DNA of 47,832 nucleotides from Candidatus Methylomirabilia bacterium. Lineage in GTDB: Bacteria > Methylomirabilota > Methylomirabilia > Rokubacteriales > CSP1-6. Every line of letters begins with the position of its first letter. Position 1 is the stretch's first letter. The position numbers were made by a program, and so were the translations under genes. Below the pieces are notes generated by a model. The model was given only the letters and a program-made list of their open reading frames with translations. It made no database searches and was not told the origin of the DNA. The stretch spans positions 1 to 47,832 of the forward strand of contig JBHIBG010000013.1 in assembly GCA_046758965.1 (NCBI GenBank), written 5' to 3'. Shown here piece by piece: positions 9,287-17,378 of the stretch.

Positions 9287-9991
9287 TCAATTGGGGTGGA
9301 TAGCAGGACCACGGCGACGCCTGAGCTCGGCCTCGGAGAGCCGGAGGTAGCGCGGGGTGAGCGCCCGGGGCTCGGTCCGCTCCCCAGCAAGAAGCCGGGC
9401 CTGACCGACCTGGCCCACCGAGGCCGGTGACGGGAGCCGGCGGCACGGAGGAGCGAAGGCGGCCCGGGGACCCAGCTCGGCCTGGAGCAGAGCGCCGTAG
9501 GCAAACACGCCGTCCCCCACGAAGATCACCGGCCCAGCGAGGCGACGGCAGAGCACCTCGGGGGCCAGCGCCGAATCTTCCCAGTCCCGGACCAGCCGGT
9601 CAGCCTCCCAGTGAAACAGGGCGGCGTACACCTCCCCTTTCTTGGCATCCAGAATGGGACAGACCGGCTCGCGCGCGAAGGGGAGCCCCCAGGCGAGCGC
9701 CTCGAGCGTGGGAACGGCGGCGACCGGGATCCCCAGCGCCAGCGCCAGCCCTTTGACCGTGCTGATGCCGATCCTGAGCCCTGTGAACGAGCCGGGTCCC
9801 ACCGCTACCGCGAGCCCGTTCAGATCCCCCGGGGTCCAGCGGGCATCGTGGAGGAGCTGGTCCACGGCGGCCAGGAGCCGTTCGGAGTGAGTCGCCCGGA
9901 TGTTGACCATGTACTCGCCGACGAGGCGGTCGCCCTCCAGGAGCGCGGCTCCGCCAGCCGGGGTGGAGGTCTCAACAGCCAGGATTCTCAC
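9287..9991 (-). CDS. tsaB: tRNA threonylcarbamoyladenosine biosynthesis protein TsaB
   Basis: ILAVETST, HSERLL, GPGSFTGLRIG, DAKKGEVY, PRYLRLSEAE; start could be ATG at 10027. Confidence 0.92.
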   Translation of the reverse strand: MRILAVETSTPAGGAALLEGDRLVGEYMVNIRATHSERLLAAVDQLLHDARWTPGDLNGLAVAVGPGSFTGLRIGISTVKGLALALGIPVAAVPTLEALAWGLPFAREPVCPILDAKKGEVYAALFHWEADRLVRDWEDSALAPEVLCRRLAGPVIFVGDGVFAYGALLQAELGPRAAFAPPCRRLPSPASVGQVGQARLLAGERTEPRALTPRYLRLSEAELRRRRGPAIHPN

Positions 9992-10110
9992 AGCCAGGCG
10001 CCTGCCGCACACTGTTTCGGTCGACATGGGCGAGCATCGCTCCCGCCGTGACAAGACCCGCGGGGGGGGACTGACAGCTTCCGGTCAAGAGGGCAGCGGG
10101 GATTTTCGAG

Positions 10111-10139
10111 TTGACACCCCCACCCCGGCACGCCAAGAT
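10111..10139 (+). promoter_or_regulatory. Putative sigma70 promoter of the plus-strand two-gene unit
   Basis: TTGACA-N17-CAAGAT. Confidence 0.55.
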
Positions 10140-10207
10140 GGGGCGCACACTCGACGGGACGGAACAGGCGCGCCAGGGAGCGAGACCCCTCAGGTGAGGC
10201 TTCGGCC

Positions 10208-10435
10208 GTGAACAGGCCCCAGGGCGGAACTGCCCGTTTCTGTAACAACCCCACCTGTGAGCTTTGCGACGTCCACATCAAGCCCTGGGAAGTGCTGGTG
10301 AAGCGTGGTACCGAACTCTGCCCCCGCTGCCTCGAGCTCCTGGTGGTCCAACGGCTCCGCCCCCGCCCTCCCAGGCTCTCGTCCAAGCCGGGCAAACGTC
10401 CGGTGCCGCACGGAAATGCTCCGAGGAGGTCGTGA
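10208..10435 (+). CDS. Small Cys-rich putative Zn-binding protein
   Basis: CNNPTCELC...CPRC; AGGTGAGG RBS; stop directly abuts the next ATG; downstream of a promoter. Confidence 0.55.
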   Translation: MNRPQGGTARFCNNPTCELCDVHIKPWEVLVKRGTELCPRCLELLVVQRLRPRPPRLSSKPGKRPVPHGNAPRRS

Positions 10436-11122
10436 ATGACGCCACCCCCGACAAGAGACAGCGCGGAGATGGATGCCGAGGTGCGAGAGAAGATCCACAT
10501 GGAGATCCTCAAGCGCACCGGTGCCTACCACGCCAATGACCACATCGTGCTCCCCTCCGGCCATCATACCGGTGAGTACATCGAGAAGAGGCTGGTCACC
10601 ACCGAGCCGTCCTTCACCGAGGGGCTGGGGGCGGTCATCGCCAAGCACTTTGCCCAGTGGCCCGTGGACGTCGTGCTCTCGACGGGCCCGGCCGCGCTCA
10701 TTCTCTCCCACTGCGTGGCCCGGGCCCATCCCTCCCGCCCGGTCCTGCTCTACGGCACCAAGAGCATGGTCGCGCGCAAGCGCAAGGTCGCGCTCCCTCA
10801 GGAGTTCCGGCGGCTGATCCGGTCGGGGACCAAGATCCTCATCGTGGAGGACCTGGTCAGCACGGGGACGACTGTGAAGGCCCTCATCGAGCTGGTGGAG
10901 TCGCTGGGGGCGCACGTGGTAGGAATCGGCGCACTCTGGCGGCGAACCAAGAGGGGCGACGTGGCGGGAAAGCCCGTGTTCAGCCTGGTGAGCCGTGACT
11001 TCCCCACCCATCCTCCTCTGAACTGTCCCCTCTGTAAGAAGGGAATCCCGATCAATCGGGAGTTCGCCAGGCGCCCTCACGTCCACCAGCCGACCGCCGA
11101 AGCTGGAAGCGAGAGCCGCTAG
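10436..11122 (+). CDS. Type I phosphoribosyltransferase, orotate PRT (PyrE)-like but divergent
   Basis: DHIVLPSGHHTGEYIEK, PRPP loop ILIVEDLVSTGTT, C-terminal CPLCKKGIPIN; RBS GAGGAGG. Confidence 0.8.
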   Translation: MTPPPTRDSAEMDAEVREKIHMEILKRTGAYHANDHIVLPSGHHTGEYIEKRLVTTEPSFTEGLGAVIAKHFAQWPVDVVLSTGPAALILSHCVARAHPSRPVLLYGTKSMVARKRKVALPQEFRRLIRSGTKILIVEDLVSTGTTVKALIELVESLGAHVVGIGALWRRTKRGDVAGKPVFSLVSRDFPTHPPLNCPLCKKGIPINREFARRPHVHQPTAEAGSESR

Positions 11123-11161
11123 GCCCGGGAACGACCGTCTCGGCGCAGAAGCGAGCCGGCA

Positions 11162-12985
11162 CTAAGCGCTCTCCCACAACCCTTCCTCGATCCCGGCCCG
11201 CTTGTACGCGAGCCGGATTGTCTCCAGGTTCCGGGTGAAGAGAAGGCCGATCTTCGCGAACGGCTCGAAGATCGGGCCTTGATCGTCCACCAGTGGGAAG
11301 GCGACACGGGGCAGCTTCTCCCACCGCGACTGGAACGACTGTGTTGCCGCCACCAGACGTGCGTAGACCTCCGACTTCTCCAAGGCGGCACGCTTGACGA
11401 TGGGGGTGATCAGGCAATCCACGGTCTGCCGCCAGCGGGCCTGGGCCTCCCCGGCCGCGGCCTCAGCCAGCGGGACCACCTTGACGTCCAGCTCGTCCAG
11501 GAAACGCTTGAGCAGCTTGCCCGCTGTCACCTCGAGCAGGATCTCTGGCACCCCAACGCTCCGGAGCCCACGGTGGCCCACGGACTTCGCCTCTGAGAAG
11601 AGCTGCTCCTTGAGCCACTGGACGTGGTGCCGGTTTTCCTCATCCTTCCACCACTCGCGGATCATCTTCTTGCCCCAGTACCGGATGGTGGCGTAGTAGA
11701 CGTCGCGCTTGGCCAGGCGCTTGATGATCCCGCCCCAGGAGTAGAACTTCTGCATCGCCTTGATGGCCGCCATCTGAAGCTCATAGGGCGCAATCCGCCG
11801 CGGCTGGTGCACCACGTGGTGCCCGTCGTAGAACGACCAGTTCCGGTTGATCACGTACTTGGCCCCGCCGGCGTAGAGCGTGTCCCAGTCCGGGGAGCCG
11901 GGGATGGGCGTCAGGATCATGAACTGGATCGAGTCGATGTCGTGCTTTTTCGCAAAGGCGGTGGTGGCCTCGATGGTCTCCAGGTCGTCCTCGTCGGACC
12001 CGATGACGAACATGCCGTGGATCTTGACGTTGTTCGCGTGAAAGCGCTCGATGGACCGCTCGATCTTGGCCAGGTCCTGCTTCTTCTGGAAGAGCTTCAA
12101 GGTCCGCGGGTTGATGGACTCGAACCCCACGTACACGTTGAAGCAGTTCGAATCCCGCATGAGCCCGAGCAGCTCGGGGTCATCCACCGTCTCAGTGCGC
12201 ACCTGCGCCCCCCAGCGCGGCGTCAGCCCGTCCTGGATCATCCGGGAGAGCAGCTCTTTGATCCGCTTCTTGTTGGCGGTGAAGATGTCATCCGCGAAGA
12301 AGATGTACAGATCGTCCCTGTGCATCCGGACCTCCTCCAGCACCCGATCGACGGAGTGGGTGCGGAAGGCGTGGCCGTACATCCCCGGAACCGAGCAGAA
12401 GGTGCAGGAGAAGGGGCAGCCGCGGGAGGTGGCGATGGAGACCACGTCCCCCGGTTTCCACCCTGTGATCAGGTGGTAGTCGGGGATCGGGTTGACATCC
12501 AGGTTGGCGATCTTGGGACGTTCGGGGTTGTGGACCGTCAGGCCGTCGGGGTTGATGTATGAGAGGTTCTCGACCTTCTCGAACCCGCTCCCGGCCTGGA
12601 TGGCATCCACCAGTTCCTGGAGGGTGAACTCGCCCTCCCCCCGCACGACGAAGTCCGCGTGCTCGAGCGCCTCCTCCGTCAGGAAGCTCACATGGGTCCC
12701 TCCGAGCACGGCGATGATCCCCGCGTCGCGAACCTTGTCTGCCAGGCGATAGCTCTGGGGGGCGGTGGAGGTGATCGCGGAGATGGCGACCAGGTCAGCT
12801 GACATCACCTCGCCCATGTCGATGGGATGGATGTCCTCGATGTAGACCCGGACATCGTACCCTCTGTTGCGCATGATGGTCGCGAGCAACACGGATCCGA
12901 GTCGGGGGATGGCGACCCGGGTGTAGACGTGCAGATGCGTCGATTTGGGTTCCACAAACACGAGCTTCTTGAGCTGGCGCCGCAT
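11162..12985 (-). CDS. B12-binding-domain radical SAM protein with C-terminal extension
   Basis: Cobalamin-binding N-terminus (LGGTHVS, VVRGEGE), SRGCPFSCTFC, VGFES, TPIPGS; extra ~135-aa C-terminal domain. Confidence 0.9.
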   Translation of the reverse strand: MRRQLKKLVFVEPKSTHLHVYTRVAIPRLGSVLLATIMRNRGYDVRVYIEDIHPIDMGEVMSADLVAISAITSTAPQSYRLADKVRDAGIIAVLGGTHVSFLTEEALEHADFVVRGEGEFTLQELVDAIQAGSGFEKVENLSYINPDGLTVHNPERPKIANLDVNPIPDYHLITGWKPGDVVSIATSRGCPFSCTFCSVPGMYGHAFRTHSVDRVLEEVRMHRDDLYIFFADDIFTANKKRIKELLSRMIQDGLTPRWGAQVRTETVDDPELLGLMRDSNCFNVYVGFESINPRTLKLFQKKQDLAKIERSIERFHANNVKIHGMFVIGSDEDDLETIEATTAFAKKHDIDSIQFMILTPIPGSPDWDTLYAGGAKYVINRNWSFYDGHHVVHQPRRIAPYELQMAAIKAMQKFYSWGGIIKRLAKRDVYYATIRYWGKKMIREWWKDEENRHHVQWLKEQLFSEAKSVGHRGLRSVGVPEILLEVTAGKLLKRFLDELDVKVVPLAEAAAGEAQARWRQTVDCLITPIVKRAALEKSEVYARLVAATQSFQSRWEKLPRVAFPLVDDQGPIFEPFAKIGLLFTRNLETIRLAYKRAGIEEGLWESA

Positions 12986-13065
12986 TAACTCCCTCCCTGA
13001 TCCGAACAGCCACAGACTGTGGCCGCCCTCGCACTCTCCGGTGAGCTGGTCAAAGACTCGCGAGC

Positions 13066-13569
13066 CTACACTCTGGCCTTCACGACCGCTTTTGGCCTGG
13101 ATGGCCGTGCCTTGTCCCCTTCCTTGAGGAGACCCTTCACCTCGTCCATGAACTGGGCGATATCCTTGAACTGCCGGTAGACCGAGGCGAAGCGCACGTA
13201 CGCCACCTGATCCAGTTTCTGGAGGTGATCCATCACCATGCCACCTAGCTCGAGGCTCGAGATCTCCTTTTCGGCGCGCTCGTGCAGGCGCACCTCGATC
13301 TCCCCGACCACATCATCTACCGCCTGAACGCCGACCGAGCGCTTCTCGCACGCTTTCAGGATTGAAGACCTGAGCTTCTGCCGGTCGAACGGTTCCCGTC
13401 GCCCATCCCGCTTGACCACCATGGGCAGGACGTCTTCGATGTACTCGTAGGTGGTGTACCGGCGGTGGCACTTGAGGCATTCGCGGCGCCGCCGGATGAA
13501 CTCGCCATCGCGGCCCACCCGAGAGTCCACCACCCGATCCTCCGTGTGACCGCAGAACGGGCACTTCAT
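13066..13569 (-). CDS. nrdR: Transcriptional repressor NrdR
   Basis: MKCPFCG...VVDSR...IRRRRECLKC...ATP cone, VAYVRFASVYRQF. Confidence 0.97.
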   Translation of the reverse strand: MKCPFCGHTEDRVVDSRVGRDGEFIRRRRECLKCHRRYTTYEYIEDVLPMVVKRDGRREPFDRQKLRSSILKACEKRSVGVQAVDDVVGEIEVRLHERAEKEISSLELGGMVMDHLQKLDQVAYVRFASVYRQFKDIAQFMDEVKGLLKEGDKARPSRPKAVVKARV

Positions 13570-13583
13570 CGCCTCTCTCCCCG

Positions 13584-14831
13584 CTATGCGAGCCGGTCCG
13601 GGTAGAGCGGGAACCGGGCCGTGAGCTCCTGCACGTCTCCCCGGACCACCGCTTCTACCGAAGCGTCCCCTGGCTTGGTGAGGACTCGGTCAATGAGGGA
13701 GGCGATCTGGACCATCTCGGGTTCTTTCATCATCCGGGTCGTCACGGCAGGAGTGCCGATCCGGATCCCGCTGGTCACCATGGGGCTCCGAGTCTCGAAC
13801 GGGATCGTGTTCTTGTTCACGGTGATCCACGCCCGGTCCAGGGCTTCCTGGGCTTCCTTGCCGGTGATCCCTCTGTCGGTGAGATCCACGAGCAAGAGAT
13901 GGGTGTCAGTCCCGCCCGAGACCAGCCGATACCCCCGGGCCATGAGCGCCTCGGCCAAGGCCCTGGCGTTGGCCACGATCTGATGCTGGTAGACACGCCA
14001 CTCGGCGGTCAGCGCCTCCTTGAGGGCCACGGCCTTGGCGGCAATGATGTGCATGAGCGGCCCGCCCTGCACCCCCGGCATGACCACCCGGTCCAGGGCC
14101 TGGGCCCGGGCCTGGCGGCACATCACCATTCCTCCCCGCGGGCCTCGCAGCGTCTTGTGAGTGGTGGTTGTCACGAAGTCCGCGTACGGCATCGGCGAGG
14201 GGTGAAGCCCCGCCGCCACCAGCCCCGCCGGATGGGCAATGTCAGCCATCAACGCCGCCCCCACCTCATCAGCGATCTCGCGGAACGGCTTGAAGTCGAT
14301 CGCCCGGGGGAACGCCGATCCTCCGGCAATGATGAGCTTGGGGCGATGCTGGCGGGCCAGGTCGCGGAGCTGGTCGAAATCGATCCGCTCGGTGTCTTTC
14401 CTGACGCCGTACGGCACGATCGTGTAGAGCTTGCCGGAGAAGTTGACTGGGCTCCCCATGGTGAGGTGGCCGCCATGGGCCAGGTTGGGGCCGAGCACCA
14501 CGTCCCCGGGAGCGAGCAGCGCAAAATAGACGGCCATGTTGGCCTGGGAGCCTGAGTGCGGCTGGACGTTGACGTGTTCGGCACCGAAGAGCTCCTTGGC
14601 CCGGGCGATGGCCAGCTCCTCAGCGATGTCAACGATCTCGCAACCGCCGTAGTAGCGGCGGCCGGGATACCCCTCGGCGTACTTGTTGGTCATCACCGAA
14701 CCCATCGCCTCGAGCACGGCCTCGGAGACAAAGTTCTCCGAGGCAATCAGCTCCAGGTTCCGGGCCTGGCGTTCGGCCTCCCCTCGGAGCGTCTTGGCGA
14801 TCTCCGGGTCCACCGCCTCAAGCCGTCCCAC
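13584..14831 (-). CDS. glyA: Serine hydroxymethyltransferase
   Basis: [38 protein letters not shown]. Confidence 0.98.
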   Translation of the reverse strand: MGRLEAVDPEIAKTLRGEAERQARNLELIASENFVSEAVLEAMGSVMTNKYAEGYPGRRYYGGCEIVDIAEELAIARAKELFGAEHVNVQPHSGSQANMAVYFALLAPGDVVLGPNLAHGGHLTMGSPVNFSGKLYTIVPYGVRKDTERIDFDQLRDLARQHRPKLIIAGGSAFPRAIDFKPFREIADEVGAALMADIAHPAGLVAAGLHPSPMPYADFVTTTTHKTLRGPRGGMVMCRQARAQALDRVVMPGVQGGPLMHIIAAKAVALKEALTAEWRVYQHQIVANARALAEALMARGYRLVSGGTDTHLLLVDLTDRGITGKEAQEALDRAWITVNKNTIPFETRSPMVTSGIRIGTPAVTTRMMKEPEMVQIASLIDRVLTKPGDASVEAVVRGDVQELTARFPLYPDRLA

Positions 14832-14906
14832 GATCTGGCACCCCCCTACGCCCGGTACGCATTCCCCTTCGATCTGGCTGGTCTTTCTACCCGCCTTGGC
14901 TGATCC

Positions 14907-14935
14907 ACGATAGCCTCCGCCTCCTCCCGTGTCAA
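14907..14935 (-). promoter_or_regulatory. sigma70 promoter of glyA-nrdR
   Basis: TTGACA-N17-TATCGT on minus strand. Confidence 0.7.
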
Positions 14936-14976
14936 GAAAGTTGCCGAAGATCCTGGGGAACCTCCCGACACTCCCC

Positions 14977-16203
14977 CTAGATGTTGCGGCTTTCCCGCGA
15001 GGGAGAATGGGCCGGCCTCAGCTCGGAGAGCGGGAAGGCAAAGGTCTCCTCCTGCGCGCCCTCGACTCCGGCCTGAACCAGGCGCGCCAGGTCGAGGCGA
15101 GCTTCGAGTCGGGAGATCTCCTCCGGCCCCACTCTGGTCGCCGGATGCTTGGGAACAAAGAGCGTACAGCAGTCCTGATCGGGCTCCGCCGAGATCTCGA
15201 AGGTTCCGAGCGCTCTGGCCTGGGTCGTGATCTCCCGCTTGTCCATCCCGATCAGGGGCCGGAGGACGGGGAGCGTGGCGACCTCGCTGGTTCGGCTGAG
15301 ATTGGCCAGGGTCTGCGAGGCCACCTGCCCCAGGCTCTCCCCCGTGACCAGGGCCTGGGCGCCAGTCGCGCGTGCCAAGGCTTCGGCGATCCGCACCATC
15401 AGTCGTCGGTAGACCACGACCCGGCCGGGTGGCGCCACCGAGAGCACGACCTCGCGCTGGATCTCACCGAACGGGACCAGAAACAGGCGCGAGAAGTACT
15501 GCCATTCGGTCAGGCACTCGACGAGGGCGCGGGCCTTGCCCTGGGAGGTGGCTGGCAGGTACGGAACGCTGTGGAAATGGACGAAGATGATCCGACAGCC
15601 GCGCTTGATCAGTCGCCAGGCGGCCACGGGGGAATCGAAGCCGCCCGACAGAAGCGCCAGGACCGTGCCGCTCACTCCCACCGGGAGGCCTCCGGGACCG
15701 GGCTCCCGGCCGGGGTAGACGAAGGCCTCATGGGGGAGCACCTCCACATGGATGTTCACGGCAGGGTGCTCCAGATCTACACGCGTGGAGACCTGCTGGA
15801 GGACAAAGGCCCCCAGCTCCCGGTTGAGCTCGACCGAGTTCAAGGGGAAGGTCTTGAAGGCCCGTCGCGCGCTGATCCGAAAGGACGGAATCGCTCGCCC
15901 CGCCACCAGGCGCCCCACCGCGGACCTGAGGGACTCCAAGCTCGGTGGCACCCGGGAAGCGAGGGCCACATTGGCGACGCCGCACACCTTCCGCACCCGC
16001 TCCAGCACTGCTCCAGGGTCGGCATGCTCCTCCACGTCGAGCATCACCCGACCGGGAAGCTGGATCACTCGGATAGGCCCCAGATCCGCCGTGGCCCGCG
16101 CCAGGTTCTTCGTAAGGTGACGGAGAAACAGGGGGCGGGTGCCGCGCTTGAGGCTGATCTCATCGTAGTGAACCAGGAGCGACAGCCGCATCCTCGGCGT
16201 CAT
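14977..16203 (-). CDS. thiI: tRNA 4-thiouridine(8) sulfurtransferase ThiI (THUMP + PP-loop, no rhodanese domain)
   Basis: [53 protein letters not shown] before ATG 16203. Confidence 0.93.
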   Translation of the reverse strand: MTPRMRLSLLVHYDEISLKRGTRPLFLRHLTKNLARATADLGPIRVIQLPGRVMLDVEEHADPGAVLERVRKVCGVANVALASRVPPSLESLRSAVGRLVAGRAIPSFRISARRAFKTFPLNSVELNRELGAFVLQQVSTRVDLEHPAVNIHVEVLPHEAFVYPGREPGPGGLPVGVSGTVLALLSGGFDSPVAAWRLIKRGCRIIFVHFHSVPYLPATSQGKARALVECLTEWQYFSRLFLVPFGEIQREVVLSVAPPGRVVVYRRLMVRIAEALARATGAQALVTGESLGQVASQTLANLSRTSEVATLPVLRPLIGMDKREITTQARALGTFEISAEPDQDCCTLFVPKHPATRVGPEEISRLEARLDLARLVQAGVEGAQEETFAFPLSELRPAHSPSRESRNI

Positions 16204-16474
16204 TCCGCCTCCCCCCACTCAAGAGGCCTCGGATCTTTCTCCGTTGTCACAACCCCATGCTAGCACAGCCCGCCGGCCTTCCACCGTCTTTGCCCGCATA
16301 ACCGAACCACGCCAGTTACGAATAGTTGGGCGCCTTCGACGGCAACCGATAGGATAGCGGCAGAGGTGATTCCGAAGCCGTCCGTGACGACCGGCTCGCT
16401 CAGCCCGTTCTCCGGGCACCGTCACACGAGGAGACGGTCTGCTTTTTGGCGTTCAGACGTTCGCTGTTCTGTCC

Positions 16475-17110
16475 TTGAAGAAGCCGCAGGGCGAGTATCC
16501 GGAGTTGTACGTGCTGCCAGAGCGTCTCCAGCTCCCGCCGGACCGTCAGTTCGTCGGGACACGAGTATCCTATTTCGGCTATGACCTTGAGGCGCCATGG
16601 ACGGAGATCGAGGGCGAGGACGCCAGGACATCCGTAGCTCGCATCGCCTTCAAGTCCGGCCATGGGATCATCGTGTTCAACCCCGAGGAGAGCGTCGATC
16701 TTATCGCCGAATTCATGAACAGGAATCCCGACTACGCAGAACAGATCCTCTCGGTGTTCGGCCACGACGCTACGAAATCCAACTACTCGCTCTATCGATC
16801 GATCCTGAACGCCACCCCCCACCAGCTTTCCATCTTCATGTCCAAGCGAGATGCTGCCAGGCTTTCTCTGCTGCTCATTCTCAAGCGCTTGCTGGTCGTC
16901 AATGCCGAGTCTGGAATATACTCGTTTGAATATCGCGATCTCAGAGGTTTTCAGTTCGGCAATCCAGCGCGTACGAACAGGGTCATTGTTCACGTTTTCG
17001 ACGACGACAAGCGGCTTGAACTCGTATTATTCGTGACCGAGGATTCTGGCGCGACCCTGTCACAGGATGAGATCACCCATGTGATTCAGACGCTGCGGCC
17101 GACCGCTTGA
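16475..17110 (+). CDS. Hypothetical protein, visibly more AT-rich than its flanks; start uncertain (possibly CTG at 16439)
   Basis: 211-aa ORF with protein-like composition (SYFGYDLEAPW, RGFQFGNP); frame is open back to 16388; GAGGAG precedes CTG at 16439. Confidence 0.7.
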   Translation: MKKPQGEYPELYVLPERLQLPPDRQFVGTRVSYFGYDLEAPWTEIEGEDARTSVARIAFKSGHGIIVFNPEESVDLIAEFMNRNPDYAEQILSVFGHDATKSNYSLYRSILNATPHQLSIFMSKRDAARLSLLLILKRLLVVNAESGIYSFEYRDLRGFQFGNPARTNRVIVHVFDDDKRLELVLFVTEDSGATLSQDEITHVIQTLRPTA

Positions 17111-17129
17111 CGCTTCGGCGTCTCACCGA

Positions 17130-17195
17130 TCACGCCAGCCGATCGGTCATCCAGTCATCGTGAGCGAGGAGGTGCTGGAGCATGGGCAGGGTCAT
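17130..17195 (-). pseudogene. 21-codon remnant resembling a DinB/YfiT-family N-terminus
   Basis: GGAGG RBS, ATG overlapping the upstream TGA, MTLPMLQHLLAHDDWMTDRLA*. Confidence 0.35.
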
Positions 17196-17326
17196 CACGC
17201 CTCCTCCCGCTCGGGCCGCTTCGGGTGTTTGGGGCGGCGGCGGTAGACGGTCTTCGGAACCTCCACCTTGGGCGGCTTGCGCGGCAGGGGCTTCCGAACC
17301 TTCGAATGGCTTGCCTTTTTCCTCAC
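17195..17326 (-). CDS. 43-aa Lys/Arg/Pro-rich small protein, candidate alternative ribosome-rescue factor-like peptide (not in ORF track)
   Basis: GTG...TGA gives MRKKASHSKVRKPLPRKPPKVEVPKTVYRRRPKHPKRPEREEA; mostly G/C third positions; co-directional with the operon; RBS weak. Confidence 0.6.
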   Translation of the reverse strand: MRKKASHSKVRKPLPRKPPKVEVPKTVYRRRPKHPKRPEREEA

Positions 17327-17378
17327 GCCCTCATGCCAATCAGGGTGCCCCGTCCCCGTGCCCGCTCCCGAGGGGCGG

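Noticed and set aside
10062..10069. G8 homopolymer as a phase-variation tract
   Set aside because: Short, intergenic, outside promoter spacers and unremarkable at this GC content
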